From NCBI GenBank assembly GCA_017469445.1, contig JAFUGK010000007.1, positions 111,058 through 175,057 on the forward strand: a DNA stretch of 64,000 nt, written 5' to 3'. The notes below the pieces were generated by a model. That model did not search any database and was not told the origin of the DNA. It saw nothing but the letters and a program-made list of their open reading frames with translations. The position numbers were made by a program, and so were the translations under genes. How positions within the stretch are numbered: position 1 is the first letter of the stretch; every line of letters starts with the position of its first letter. Below, piece by piece: positions 20,184 to 31,202 of this stretch. The stretch comes from Clostridia bacterium (lineage in GTDB: Bacteria > Bacillota > Clostridia > TANB77 > CAG-508).

Positions 20184-20582
20184 ATGAAAAGGACAGAAGC
20201 TAGAGAAATGCTTTTTAAGGTTCTGTATGAAACAGAAATACAAAAAGACTTTTCGGAAGAACATATAGATTTATTTATAAAAAATAATGAAATTGAAGAT
20301 GCAGAAACAGTTGAATATATAAAGAAATCAGTAAATGGAATTAATGAGCATTGTGAAGGAATTGAAAAACTAATTTCAAAAAATTTAAAGAAGGATTGGA
20401 CACTAGATAGAATTTCAAAAACAAGTATAGCAATATTAAAACTTGCTATATATGAAATAAAATACGCAAATATACCATTTAAAGTTGCAATAAATGAAGC
20501 TGTTGATTTGGCTAAAAAATATTCAGAGGATGCAGCTCCTGCTTTTGTAAATGGTATACTAGCTAGTGTTGTAGCAGAATAA
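20184..20582 (+). CDS. nusB: transcription antitermination factor NusB
   Basis: MKRTEAREMLFKVLYE...; start moved to ATG 20184 (RBS gagagga); nusB-xseA synteny. Confidence 0.85.
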   Translation: MKRTEAREMLFKVLYETEIQKDFSEEHIDLFIKNNEIEDAETVEYIKKSVNGINEHCEGIEKLISKNLKKDWTLDRISKTSIAILKLAIYEIKYANIPFKVAINEAVDLAKKYSEDAAPAFVNGILASVVAE

Positions 20583-20594
20583 AGAGGTGAATAA

Positions 20595-21782
20595 ATGAGT
20601 CCAGAGCCAATGTCGGTTACTACTCTTAATAAGTATATAAAAGATAAGATTGCTCAAGATGAGTTCTTAAATAATGTATATGTTAAGGGAGAAATTTCTA
20701 ATTTTAAACACCATTATACAGGACATATGTATTTTACACTAAAAGATGGAACAAGCTTGATAAAATGCATTATGTTTAAAACAGCTAATGCAAATTTAAA
20801 TTTTGTACCAAAAGATGGAATGAAGGTACTTATATTAGGTACTGTTGCTGTTTTTGAAAGAGATGGAGTATATCAAATTTATTGTAAAGCAATGAAAGAG
20901 GATGGAATTGGTAGTTTATATCAGGCATATGAAGAATTAAAAAGGAAGCTGGAGCAAGAAGGATATTTTGATCAAACTCACAAAAAGAAGATTCCATTTA
21001 TGCCACAAACCATAGGAGTTCTTACATCTCAAACAGGTGCGGTAATTAGAGATATTATAAATGTCTCTACAAGAAGAAATCCTAACGTACATATAAAATT
21101 ATATCCAGTGCCAGTACAAGGTGAAGGTGCTGGAGAAAAAATTGCAGAAGCAATAAAATTTATGAATAATAGAAAAATTGCTGATGTATTAATTTTAGCA
21201 AGAGGTGGAGGATCTTTAGAAGATTTATGGCCTTTTAATGAGAGAGTAGTAGCAGATGCAATTTATAATTCTGAAATACCAATAATATCTGCAGTAGGAC
21301 ATGAAACAGATTTTACAATTTCAGATTTTGTAGCAGATTTAAGGGCACCTACACCATCTGCTGCTGCAGAACTTGCGGTTGCAGATATAAATGAAATTAA
21401 GGAAAAAATTAGTTCATATAATAGTAGAGCAAAGTTAGCTCTAAAAAAGAAAATTGAATACATGAAATTACTATTAGATAAAACTAGTCAATCACCAGTT
21501 TTTACAAATCCTACTCAAAAAATAAATGAATATTATATTATGCTTGATAATATAAGTAAAAACCTTGAAAATTTAGTAAACATAAAGTTAAGAGATGCAA
21601 AAATTAAAGGCGCAGAATTAATTGCAAAATTAGATGCATTAAGTCCTTTAAAAACATTAACTAGAGGATATTGCTTAACGGAAAAAGATGGAAGTTTAAT
21701 AGTAAGTAGTAAACAATTAAAAAAAGGTGACAATATCACATTAAGATTTACTGATGGCACGAATAACGCTCAAATATTGTAA
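20595..21782 (+). CDS. xseA: exodeoxyribonuclease VII large subunit
   Basis: OB-fold N-terminus (VYVKGEISNFKHH), catalytic core, C-terminal coiled-coil; 395 aa. Confidence 0.9.
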   Translation: MSPEPMSVTTLNKYIKDKIAQDEFLNNVYVKGEISNFKHHYTGHMYFTLKDGTSLIKCIMFKTANANLNFVPKDGMKVLILGTVAVFERDGVYQIYCKAMKEDGIGSLYQAYEELKRKLEQEGYFDQTHKKKIPFMPQTIGVLTSQTGAVIRDIINVSTRRNPNVHIKLYPVPVQGEGAGEKIAEAIKFMNNRKIADVLILARGGGSLEDLWPFNERVVADAIYNSEIPIISAVGHETDFTISDFVADLRAPTPSAAAELAVADINEIKEKISSYNSRAKLALKKKIEYMKLLLDKTSQSPVFTNPTQKINEYYIMLDNISKNLENLVNIKLRDAKIKGAELIAKLDALSPLKTLTRGYCLTEKDGSLIVSSKQLKKGDNITLRFTDGTNNAQIL

Positions 21783-21795
21783 GGGGGAAAAGTCA

Positions 21796-22269
21796 ATGAA
21801 AAAATATATTAAGATAATTATTGGGATAATAATAGTTATATTAGTAGTTGTTGGATTATTTTTTTTGAAGAATGAAGATGTAAAAGAAACTGTTAATAAT
21901 AGTATTGTACAGAGTAAAGAAGTAAAAGATGCATTTAATACTATAAAGAAGGAAGCAAATAATATTATAAATAATACAGTAGATAATACAATTTCAGAAG
22001 AAGTTAAAAATGAAGCAGAAAATCAAAATGATGAAGTGCCAGCTATTAGCAATCCAGAAAACGTTACTACAAACGAGCAAAACAATGATGAAAAAGCAAT
22101 AAACATGGTAAAGCAAGATTGGGGAGAAGACAATAATGTTACATTTAAAATAGATGAAAAAAATGAAAATGGCAAATATGTAATTGGAGTAGTTGATAAA
22201 AACACTACAAGAGTTTTAGTTTGGTATGAAGTAGATATAAGGAATAATACATTACAAGAAAAATATTAA
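21796..22269 (+). CDS. hypothetical N-terminally anchored protein (inserted between xseA and xseB)
   Basis: Start moved to ATG 21796 (RBS aaggggg). Single TM helix, then an N/E/K-rich extracytoplasmic region. Confidence 0.5.
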   Translation: MKKYIKIIIGIIIVILVVVGLFFLKNEDVKETVNNSIVQSKEVKDAFNTIKKEANNIINNTVDNTISEEVKNEAENQNDEVPAISNPENVTTNEQNNDEKAINMVKQDWGEDNNVTFKIDEKNENGKYVIGVVDKNTTRVLVWYEVDIRNNTLQEKY

Positions 22270-22331
22270 AATTAAAAAATTGTGTTTAGTGTATAAAGTT
22301 GCATAGAAATAGTTGAAAGGATGATTATAAG

Positions 22332-22568
22332 ATGGCAAATGAGAATAATATGTCTTTTGAAGATACAATGAAAAATTTACAAGAAATTGTTCAAGAATTA
22401 GAAAAAGGTACATTAAATTTAGAAGATTCTGTAAAAAAATTTGAAGAAGGAATAGAACTTTCTAAAAAGTGTAATGAAATATTAGAAAATGCCGAAAAGA
22501 AAATAAATATATTGATTCGTAAAGATGAAGAAATAATTGAAAAACCATTCACTCCAACTGAGGAATAA
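22332..22568 (+). CDS. xseB: exodeoxyribonuclease VII small subunit
   Basis: 78 aa; FEDTMKNLQEIVQELEKGTLNLEDSVKKFEEG helical hairpin signature. Confidence 0.85.
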   Translation: MANENNMSFEDTMKNLQEIVQELEKGTLNLEDSVKKFEEGIELSKKCNEILENAEKKINILIRKDEEIIEKPFTPTEE

Positions 22569-22593
22569 AGATAAATAAAAGGGGATAATAAAG

Positions 22594-23034
22594 ATGCAAG
22601 AATTTCAAGAATTGTTACATAATAAATATATAATTGTTCCAATGTTTGTATGGCTTGGAATACAAGTATTTAAAACACTATGGGATTTATTTAAAGAAAA
22701 AAAATTTAATTTTAAAAGAATATTAGGAGCAGGTGGAATGCCTAGCTCTCATTCTGCTGTTGTATGTTGCTTGAGTACTTTAATAGGTAGAGATTTAGGG
22801 TTTGACTCTGCAATTTTTGGACTATCTGTTATAATGTCTTTAGTAGTAATGTATGATGCAGCTGGCGTTAGAAGAGCAGCAGGAAAGCAAGCTAAAATAT
22901 TAAATAAAATTGTAAATACACCAGGATTAGCAATAGAAACTGTTCAAGAAAAGTTACAAGAAGTTCTAGGGCACACACCAGTTGAAGTCTTTGTAGGGGC
23001 ATTACTTGGTGTTATTGTTGGATTCCTAGTTTAA
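22594..23034 (+). CDS. divergent PAP2 family (YuiD-like) membrane protein
   Basis: GGMPSSHSA motif, 146 aa, 3-4 TM. Confidence 0.7.
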   Translation: MQEFQELLHNKYIIVPMFVWLGIQVFKTLWDLFKEKKFNFKRILGAGGMPSSHSAVVCCLSTLIGRDLGFDSAIFGLSVIMSLVVMYDAAGVRRAAGKQAKILNKIVNTPGLAIETVQEKLQEVLGHTPVEVFVGALLGVIVGFLV

Positions 23035-23090
23035 TTAAGAAAAAGGTAAATATATTTTTTAAAGTAATAAAGTAAAAATGAGGTGCTAAA

Positions 23091-24752
23091 ATGAAAGACA
23101 TAGAGATTTCGAGAAAAGCTAATATAAAGAATATTAGTGAAATTGCTGAAAATTTAAATATTGATTCAGAGTATATAGAACAATATGGAAAATATAAAGC
23201 AAAAATATCTAACAAAATAATGTCTAAATTAAATAATAAGCCAAATGGAAAATTAGTTCTAATGACATCTATTAACCCTACACCACTTGGAGAAGGCAAG
23301 ACTACAATGGCAATTGGATTAGCTGATGGCTTGAGACAGATTGGAGAAAAATCAATATTAGCATTAAGAGAACCATCTCAAGGTCCGGTATTTGGAATAA
23401 AAGGAGGGGCAACAGGTGGTGGATATTCTCAAGTTGTTCCAATGGATGAAATAAATTTACATTTTACTGGAGATATACATGCAATAACTGCTGCAAATAA
23501 TCTACTTGCAGCTATGATAGATAATCATATTTATTTTGGAAATAAGCTTAAAATAAAAAATGTTGTATGGAAAAGATGCGTAGATTTAAATGATAGATCA
23601 TTAAGAAAAGTAGAAATTAATTTAAATCAAGAAAAGAATATGATTCCAAGAGAAGATGGATTCGACATTTCTGTTGCTTCTGAAATAATGGCAATATTTT
23701 GCTTAGCGGAAGACTTAAATGATTTACAAAAAAGGCTTGGAAATATAATTATAGGATATAATGACAAGGAAGAACCTATAAGAGCAAGAGATTTGAAGGC
23801 AGAAGGTGCAATGACAGCACTTCTAAAGGATGCATTAAATCCAAATTTGGTTCAAACATTGGAAAATACACCTGCAATAATACATGGTGGACCATTTGCT
23901 AATATAGCACATGGATGTAATAGTGTTGTAGCAACAAAAATGGCATTAAAATTAAGTGATTATGTTATAACAGAAGCTGGCTTTGGAGCAGATTTGGGAG
24001 CAGAAAAATTTTTTAATATAAAGTGTAGAACTTCTGGAATAAATCCTAATTTAGCTGTATGTGTTGCAACTATAAAAGCATTAAAATATCATGGTGGAGC
24101 TACAAAAGAAAGCTTAGAAGAAGAAAATATAGAGGCATTAAAAAGAGGAATTCCAAACTTATTAAAGCATATAGATAATATTAAAAATAAATTTAATGTG
24201 CCTGTAATTGTAGGAATAAATAAATATAACCAGGATACAGAATTAGAAATCGAAACATTAAAAACAGCATTAGATGAAGTAGGAGTAGAATTAAGTTTAA
24301 TAGAGTCATGGGAAAAAGGTGGAAAAGGAGCAATAGATTTAGCACAAAAAGTTGTTAAACTTTCAAATAATAACAATAAGTTGAAATTTGTATACAATAT
24401 AGAAGATGGAATAAAAGAAAAGATAGATAAAATAGCTAAGGAGATATATGGAGCTTCTGGAGTAGAGTATAGTGAAGAGAGCATAAAAACTATTGAAAAA
24501 ATAGAAAAAATGGGATATGGAAATTTACCAATTTGCATTGCAAAAACTCAATATTCTTTATCAGATGATCCTAAAAAATTAGAAATAAATGAAGAATTTA
24601 AAATCACAATTAGAGATATAAATTTACGTGCTGGAGCCGGATTTATAGTAGCATTAGCAGGTAAAATATATACAATGCCAGGATTACCTGAAAAGCCAGC
24701 AGCAGAAAATATAGGAGTAGATGAGTTAGGCAATATATATGGCATTTTCTAA
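23091..24752 (+). CDS. fhs: formate--tetrahydrofolate ligase
   Basis: TPLGEGKTT P-loop, 553 aa, conserved throughout. Confidence 0.95.
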   Translation: MKDIEISRKANIKNISEIAENLNIDSEYIEQYGKYKAKISNKIMSKLNNKPNGKLVLMTSINPTPLGEGKTTMAIGLADGLRQIGEKSILALREPSQGPVFGIKGGATGGGYSQVVPMDEINLHFTGDIHAITAANNLLAAMIDNHIYFGNKLKIKNVVWKRCVDLNDRSLRKVEINLNQEKNMIPREDGFDISVASEIMAIFCLAEDLNDLQKRLGNIIIGYNDKEEPIRARDLKAEGAMTALLKDALNPNLVQTLENTPAIIHGGPFANIAHGCNSVVATKMALKLSDYVITEAGFGADLGAEKFFNIKCRTSGINPNLAVCVATIKALKYHGGATKESLEEENIEALKRGIPNLLKHIDNIKNKFNVPVIVGINKYNQDTELEIETLKTALDEVGVELSLIESWEKGGKGAIDLAQKVVKLSNNNNKLKFVYNIEDGIKEKIDKIAKEIYGASGVEYSEESIKTIEKIEKMGYGNLPICIAKTQYSLSDDPKKLEINEEFKITIRDINLRAGAGFIVALAGKIYTMPGLPEKPAAENIGVDELGNIYGIF

Positions 24753-24764
24753 ACAGGAGGTATA

Positions 24765-25679
24765 ATGAATATACTGGAAGATTTGAAATCTATTTTAAAA
24801 TCAAGTGATATTTTAAAAGATGAACCTATGAGTAAACATACTTCTTTTAAAACAGGTGGACTAGCAGATTTTTTTATAAAAATATATGATGAAGAAGATT
24901 TAAAAGTACTACTTAAGTATGCAAGTGCAAATAAAATACCTGTAACTATTGTCGGAAATGGAACCAACTTGATAGTAAGGGATAAAGGAATACGAGGAAT
25001 AGTAGTATGCTTAAAAATGAATAAAATAAATGTAAAACTTGAAGATAATATTGGAATAATAGAAGCTCAAGCTGGTGTATCTGTTATTAAATTATCACAA
25101 ATAGCAAAAGAAAATAATTTAAAAGGTTTAGAGTTTGCAGTTGGTATACCAGGAACACTAGGTGGGGCAATTAGAATGAATGCAGGCGCTTATGGCTCTG
25201 AGATTGGCAGCTTTATTCAAAAGACAGAATATATTACTTTTGATGGAAATATTCAAACAATAAAAAATGCAGAGCATGAGTTTACATATAGAAATAGTAT
25301 TTTTTCAAAGATGAATGTTATTATTTTAAAAACTTATATAAAACTTGAAAAAGGTAATTTAGAAGAAATAGAATCTAAAATGAAAGAAAATCAGCAAGCG
25401 AGGATCGAAAGACAGCCATTAGATAAACCTAATGCAGGAAGTACATTTAAAAGAGGAGATGGCTTTATCACAGCAAAACTCATAGATGAGTGTGGACTAA
25501 AAGGCTATAAAATAGGTGGAGCTGAAGTATCTACTAAACATGCAGGTTTTATAATAAATACAGGAAATGCAACATCACAAGATATTTTAGATTTAATTGA
25601 GCATGTAAAAAAAGAAGTTTACAAGAAATTTAAAGTTAATATAGAAACCGAAGTGGAAATTATTGGAGAGGAGAAATAA
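24765..25679 (+). CDS. murB: UDP-N-acetylenolpyruvoylglucosamine reductase
   Basis: FAD-binding N-terminal domain (FKTGG...VTIVGNGTNLI), 304 aa. Confidence 0.9.
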   Translation: MNILEDLKSILKSSDILKDEPMSKHTSFKTGGLADFFIKIYDEEDLKVLLKYASANKIPVTIVGNGTNLIVRDKGIRGIVVCLKMNKINVKLEDNIGIIEAQAGVSVIKLSQIAKENNLKGLEFAVGIPGTLGGAIRMNAGAYGSEIGSFIQKTEYITFDGNIQTIKNAEHEFTYRNSIFSKMNVIILKTYIKLEKGNLEEIESKMKENQQARIERQPLDKPNAGSTFKRGDGFITAKLIDECGLKGYKIGGAEVSTKHAGFIINTGNATSQDILDLIEHVKKEVYKKFKVNIETEVEIIGEEK

Positions 25680-25680
25680 A

Positions 25681-27330
25681 ATGAAAGGCTTTTTTGGCTG
25701 GTTCAAAGGCAGTACAAAGATAAAAAGATGGATGTTTTTAATATTAGTAGGAATAGTTTTAGTGTGCTATGGAATTGCTGAAATATTAGTATTAAACGAA
25801 GCTTCTATACAAGAAATAATAAAAATAGTAGCATCATTTGTAGTAGGATTTACATTTGTTATATTAGGAATAGTATACATACAAAAAAGAACTTTAGAAT
25901 TAGTTGTAGAGGCAAATGCTAATAATGAGCTAGATGATGATGTTACAAAAAAAGCACAAGTAAATATACAATCATTAATATTTAACAAAAAAGTATATGA
26001 AGAGGGACCTAAAGTAGTTGTAATAGGTGGAGGAGAAGGTATAAATACAATAATAAGTGGCTTAAAAAAATATACTAGTAATATTACAGCGATTGTAACT
26101 GTTTCAGATTATGGAAATAAACCTACAGATTCAAGAATTGCATTAAATTTATTACCTTTTGAAGATGTAAAAGGAGCAATAGCTTCACTTGCAAAAGATT
26201 CAGAAGTAATGGATTATATGATGAAATATAAATTTAAAAATGATAGATTAAAAAATCTTTCTTTTGGAGATGTGTATTTATCTGCAATGAATGAGGTTTT
26301 TAATGACATAACAGATAGTATTTCAAACTCAAATAGAGTACTTAATATTGAAGGAAAAGTACTACCAGTAACAGCTGATGAAATTACAATATGTGCTGAA
26401 TTAGACGATGGGACAGTTGTAAAAGAAAAGGATAAAATACCAGAAGTAGCATATGAGAGAGTTTCTAAAATTAATAGAATATATATAACACCATCTAACT
26501 GTAGACCTGCACCAGGTGTACTAGAGGCTATCTCAGAAGCTGATGCAATTGTAATAGGACCAGGAAGTTTATACACAAATGTTATACCAAATTTATTAGT
26601 TAAAAATGTGGCAAAAACAATTAAAGAAAGCAAAGCATATAAAATATATGTAAGTAATATTATGACAGAACCTGGACAAACAGATAATTATTCAATTTCA
26701 GAGCATTTGCAAGCTATTACAGATCATGCAGGAGGAAAAATAATAGATTATTGTATATGTGATACAGGGGAAGTTGTACCAGAGTATATTAGAAGATACA
26801 ATATGCAAGGTTCTGAATTAGTAGAAATTGATTTAAATAAAGTATCTAGTATGGGTGTTAATGTAATACATAAGCATATGTCAAAAATAGAAGGAGATAA
26901 AATTAGGCATGATGCAGACACTGTTGCAGTTGCAATTATGGAACTAATTCGTACAGATCTAAAATTTAAGGACAAGCAATATGATACACAATATATATTG
27001 TTAAATTCAAAATTGAAAGGCCAAAAGAAAAAAGAAAAGAAAAAAGAAAATATTCAAAAAATAAATAAAAAAGCACAAAAAAGAATAGAGAACAAATATA
27101 AGCCAAAAATGAAGAGTAAATTTGCAAGTAAATATCAAGAAAGAATTAGAGATATAAAAGCAAGTAATGAAACAAGATTAGAGAATATAAAATTATATGA
27201 ACAAACAGGTTCATTGTATAATGTGAAAAAAATAAAGGAAGAAGAAGGAAAACACGAAACAGCAAGGAAAAAAGAAAAGGTAAAAACACCAAAAGCACCA
27301 AAGAAACAAGCTAGAAGAGCTAAGCATTAA
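25681..27330 (+). CDS. yvcK: YvcK/CofD-like (UPF0052) gluconeogenesis-factor family protein with N-terminal TM pair and K/E-rich C-terminal tail
   Basis: KVVVIGGGEGINTIISGLKKYTSNITAIVTVSDYGN... core; start moved to ATG 25681 (RBS ggagaggag). Confidence 0.7.
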   Translation: MKGFFGWFKGSTKIKRWMFLILVGIVLVCYGIAEILVLNEASIQEIIKIVASFVVGFTFVILGIVYIQKRTLELVVEANANNELDDDVTKKAQVNIQSLIFNKKVYEEGPKVVVIGGGEGINTIISGLKKYTSNITAIVTVSDYGNKPTDSRIALNLLPFEDVKGAIASLAKDSEVMDYMMKYKFKNDRLKNLSFGDVYLSAMNEVFNDITDSISNSNRVLNIEGKVLPVTADEITICAELDDGTVVKEKDKIPEVAYERVSKINRIYITPSNCRPAPGVLEAISEADAIVIGPGSLYTNVIPNLLVKNVAKTIKESKAYKIYVSNIMTEPGQTDNYSISEHLQAITDHAGGKIIDYCICDTGEVVPEYIRRYNMQGSELVEIDLNKVSSMGVNVIHKHMSKIEGDKIRHDADTVAVAIMELIRTDLKFKDKQYDTQYILLNSKLKGQKKKEKKKENIQKINKKAQKRIENKYKPKMKSKFASKYQERIRDIKASNETRLENIKLYEQTGSLYNVKKIKEEEGKHETARKKEKVKTPKAPKKQARRAKH

Positions 27331-27353
27331 ACAAATGATGGAGGGAACAATAG

Positions 27354-29417
27354 ATGAAATATTTAGATAAGGAATTATCTTTAAAAGACGCGCTAGAAAA
27401 AGAATGGTTAATTACAAATGGAATAGGTGGTTATGCATCTTCAACAGTAATTGGAGCAAATACAAGGAAATACCATGGATTACTTATTGCAGCATTAACA
27501 CCTCCAGCAAGAAGACATTTGATTCTTTCTAAATTAGATGAGAGCATAGAAATAAATGGTAAGAGCCATGTGTTATATACAAATATATGTAAAAACTATA
27601 TTTCAGAGGGCTTCAAGTTACAAAAAAACTTTGAAAAAGCATATATTCCAATATTTACATATGAAGTAAATGGAATAATAATTAAAAAAATTATTTGTAT
27701 GAAATATAGGGAAAATACAGTTTGCATTCTTTATAAAATTACAACAAAAGATGAAGATGCAAAATTAAATATCACACCTGTAATAAATTTTAGGGATTTT
27801 CATTGCATGAATACAGGTAAATATTATGATTTAAAACAAGAAGTAAAAGACCAAAAAGTGAAAATAATTGTTGATAATATGGGAATGAATCCAATTTATA
27901 TTTATGCATCAGAAGGAAATTATAATCAGCATTATAATGATACTTTTAATAATATGTATTATCTAGAAGAAGAGAAAAGAGGCTTTTTCCCTGAAGAAAA
28001 TCATGCAGTGCCTGGGACATTTACAGTGGAAATTCCAGCAAATGAAGAAAAGGAGATTTCTATAATATGCTCTTTAGAAAGTAATATCGAGGAAATAAAC
28101 ATAAAAGATGTAATAAATGAACAAATAAAAAGACTAGAAAACATGGTATATGAAAGTAATTTAGTATGGGAGAATAAAAAAGATACACAAGAACAAATAG
28201 AGGAAAAGAAATTTATTAAAGATTTAGTAATGAGTACAGATGATTTTATAGTATATAGGCCGACATTTGGATTACATACTGTTATTGCAGGCTATCATTG
28301 GTTCCTAGATTGGGGAAGAGATGCATTAATTGCATATGAAGGCTTACTTTTAAAAACTAGAAGATTTGAAATTGCAAAACAAGTATTATTAACTTTTACG
28401 CGAAATATAAAATTTGGTTTAGTACCAAATGGATATTCAGGATATGATAATAGACCATTATATAATAGTGTAGATAGTTCTTTATTATTATTTGAACAAA
28501 TAAAAAAATACCTTATCTATACAGGGGATTATGTCTTTGTAAAGAGGGAATTATATGAAATTTTAAAAAAGATAATAGAGTCATATAAGGTAGGAATAGA
28601 TCTAGATGATAATAATATTTACTTAGATGAAGATAATTTAATTGTAAGTGGAACAGACCATACTCAAAATACTTGGATGGATGCAAAATATGGCGATTTT
28701 GCAGTAACTCCAAGAAATGGAAAAGCAGTTGAAATAAATGCTCTTTGGTATAATGCATTAAATATAATGGCAGAATTATGTACAAAGTATGGAGAAAAGG
28801 CAGATGCAGAAATATATTTACAAATGGCAAGCAAAACTAAAAAATCTTTTGAAGAAAAATTTTATAACTCAAAAAGAAAATGTTTATATGATGTATTAGG
28901 AGATAGTAAAATAAGACCAAATCAATTATTTTCATTTTCATTAACATACCCAGTTATAGATCCAAATGGGGAAATAGCTCAAAATGTTTTAAAAGTTGTA
29001 GAATCAAAATTACTTAACAAATATGGATTAAAAACATTAGCAAAAGGTGAAAAAGGTTATGTAGATATATATGAAGGAAATGGATTTAAAAGAGATATGA
29101 GTTATCATCAAGGTATTACATGGCCTTGGCTTTTAGGATTATATAATAATTGTTTATTAAATCAATTAAAAGCGCAAAAGGATAAAAAGGAAAAATCAGA
29201 ATTAATAGAAAAATATTTAGAATTTGCAAATGAAACAGAAAAGACATTCAAAAAAGAATTTTACTATAATGGTGGAATATATAGTATTTCTGAAATATAC
29301 GATTCTAAAACGCCATTTCTTCCAAAGGGAACTATAGCACAAGCTTGGAGTGTAGCAGAAATATTAAGAATTATTCTAAATAAAAAGGAAGTAGAAAATG
29401 AGAATTTTAGGAATTGA
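27354..29417 (+). CDS. amylo-alpha-1,6-glucosidase / glycogen debranching enzyme (archaeal-type)
   Basis: N-terminal GDE_N-like ([24 protein letters not shown]) and C-terminal (alpha/alpha)6 barrel ([13 protein letters not shown]); 687 aa. Confidence 0.7.
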   Translation: MKYLDKELSLKDALEKEWLITNGIGGYASSTVIGANTRKYHGLLIAALTPPARRHLILSKLDESIEINGKSHVLYTNICKNYISEGFKLQKNFEKAYIPIFTYEVNGIIIKKIICMKYRENTVCILYKITTKDEDAKLNITPVINFRDFHCMNTGKYYDLKQEVKDQKVKIIVDNMGMNPIYIYASEGNYNQHYNDTFNNMYYLEEEKRGFFPEENHAVPGTFTVEIPANEEKEISIICSLESNIEEINIKDVINEQIKRLENMVYESNLVWENKKDTQEQIEEKKFIKDLVMSTDDFIVYRPTFGLHTVIAGYHWFLDWGRDALIAYEGLLLKTRRFEIAKQVLLTFTRNIKFGLVPNGYSGYDNRPLYNSVDSSLLLFEQIKKYLIYTGDYVFVKRELYEILKKIIESYKVGIDLDDNNIYLDEDNLIVSGTDHTQNTWMDAKYGDFAVTPRNGKAVEINALWYNALNIMAELCTKYGEKADAEIYLQMASKTKKSFEEKFYNSKRKCLYDVLGDSKIRPNQLFSFSLTYPVIDPNGEIAQNVLKVVESKLLNKYGLKTLAKGEKGYVDIYEGNGFKRDMSYHQGITWPWLLGLYNNCLLNQLKAQKDKKEKSELIEKYLEFANETEKTFKKEFYYNGGIYSISEIYDSKTPFLPKGTIAQAWSVAEILRIILNKKEVENENFRN

Positions 29418-29884
29418 TCCAGGATTTGCAATAACAGGATATAGCATAGTAGATTACATAGGAAATAAATTCAAACTAATAACATCTGGAGCAGTAAAAA
29501 CCGAAGCACGGAGTTTCATTTCCTTTAAGATTAGAGAAAATATATAAAGATTTAGAAGAAATAATAAATGAGTATAAACCAGATGCAATGTCTGTTGAAG
29601 AGCTATTTTTTAATAATAATGCAAAAACAGCGATAAATGTTGCACAAGCAAGAGGGGTAGTTTTAGTAGTTGCAAGAATTCACGGGATACCAACATATGA
29701 ATATACTCCTTTGCAAGTAAAACAAGCAGTAGTAGGTTATGGTAGAGCAGATAAAATGCAAGTGCAAAGAATGGTAAAAATGATATTAAATGAAGAAAAA
29801 TTACCTAAATTGGATGATATAACTGATAGTATGGCAATTGCAATATGCCATGCACATTCTGCAAAATTTTCTCAAAAATTATAA
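29398..29884 (+). pseudogene. ruvC: Holliday junction resolvase RuvC, apparent frameshift in A5 run (29496-29500); possibly a sequencing artefact
   Basis: [18 protein letters not shown]...SGAVK in frame 1. It continues as ...[37 protein letters not shown]...QVKQAVVGYGRADKMQVQRMV... in frame 2 (listed ORF 29588-29884). The frame 1 stop is at 29545-29547. Confidence 0.75.
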
Positions 29885-29894
29885 GGAGTATTAA

Positions 29895-30869
29895 ATGGGT
29901 GGATTAGAGTTATTATATGGCGAAAATACATATTTAATAGAAAAAGAAATAAAGACTATTAAGAAAAAATTTGGCCAAATAGTTCAAGGAATAAACTATG
30001 TTGCAGTAGAACAAGAAAATTTAGAGAACATCATATCAGAACTCCAAACACCAGCATTTGGATATAGCCAAAAATTAATATTAGTAAAGAATTGTGATCT
30101 GTTAAAAAAAGAAACAAAAACTAAAAAAAATAAGAATAGTGAATTAATTTCAAAACTAGTAGATTATATTGAAGAAAATGCAAACCACATATTTGAAAAT
30201 GTAATATTATTAATTGTAGAAGAATCAGTAGATAAATCTAGTAGTTTATATAAAACAATAGAAAAACATGGGAAAATATTAGAATTAGCTGAGCTAAAAC
30301 CATTACAACTAATTACAAAGTTAAAACAGATATGCACAGCTTACAAAGTAGATATAGATGAAGATACACTAAAATATTTAATAGAAAAATGTGGAACATC
30401 ATTTCAAGAACTAATAAACGAAATACGAAAATTAATTGAGTATGCAGGAGAAGGCGGAAAGATTACTAAAAAAGAAGTGGATCTTTTGGCAATCCCCAAA
30501 ATAGAAGCTGTAATATTTGATTTGACAGATAGTTTAGGTGTGAAAAATATTAAGCAAGCAATGGAAGTATTAAATAATTTAATTTATAACAAAGAGCCTG
30601 TGCAAAAGATATTAATAACTTTATATAATCATTTTAAAAAATTATATCTTGTAAAGCTGGCCTTACGAGAAAATATAAGTTTAGAAGAAATATTAAATTT
30701 AAAGCCTAATCAAACTTTTCTAATAACAAAGTATAAAAGGCAAGCACAATATTTTGAAGAAGAAAAGTTAAGAAATATTTTAGAGGAATTGATTAATTTG
30801 GATTCTAATAGCAAGGTTGGATTGATTGATTTAAATATTGGACTAGAAGCAATACTTTGCAATGTGTAA
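29895..30869 (+). CDS. holA: DNA polymerase III subunit delta
   Basis: 324 aa, delta N-terminal/helical domain pattern (LLYGENTYLIEKEI...). Confidence 0.75.
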   Translation: MGGLELLYGENTYLIEKEIKTIKKKFGQIVQGINYVAVEQENLENIISELQTPAFGYSQKLILVKNCDLLKKETKTKKNKNSELISKLVDYIEENANHIFENVILLIVEESVDKSSSLYKTIEKHGKILELAELKPLQLITKLKQICTAYKVDIDEDTLKYLIEKCGTSFQELINEIRKLIEYAGEGGKITKKEVDLLAIPKIEAVIFDLTDSLGVKNIKQAMEVLNNLIYNKEPVQKILITLYNHFKKLYLVKLALRENISLEEILNLKPNQTFLITKYKRQAQYFEEEKLRNILEELINLDSNSKVGLIDLNIGLEAILCNV

Positions 30870-30873
30870 TAGC

Positions 30874-30905
30874 AAAAAACGAGTTCGTGATGAACTCGTT
30901 TTTTG
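30874..30905. terminator. bidirectional rho-independent terminator
   Basis: aaaaacgagttc-gtgat-gaactcgttttt, A-tract and T-tract on both sides. Confidence 0.65.
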
Positions 30906-30909
30906 TAGC

Positions 30910-31041
30910 TTATTGCCTTAACCATATGGCTAAAGCAATGAGGAGCATTGCTCCAACTACAGCAATAATGCCTTTCAGCCCGGCAAGAAGCATGCTTGGC
31001 ACATAGTGTTGTTTTCTTTCATTTTCAATGCTGTTTTTCAT
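30910..31041 (-). CDS. hypothetical small membrane protein (43 aa)
   Basis: MKNSIENERKQHYVPSMLLAGLKGIIAVVGAMLLIALAIWLRQ; RBS ggaggt 7 nt upstream; single TM; not in ORF track (<60 aa). Confidence 0.4.
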   Translation of the reverse strand: MKNSIENERKQHYVPSMLLAGLKGIIAVVGAMLLIALAIWLRQ

Positions 31042-31202
31042 TTCTTTTACCTCCTGCAGATATTTATATTGAATATATTAAATAAAAAACAAATGAAAAC
31101 AAAATTTAATAAATGTTTATACATATATATTATACCACAAATTTTGGAAAAAATGAATAAGATTATGCTAAATTAGGGAAAATAAAGATGATATTTATAA
31201 AA

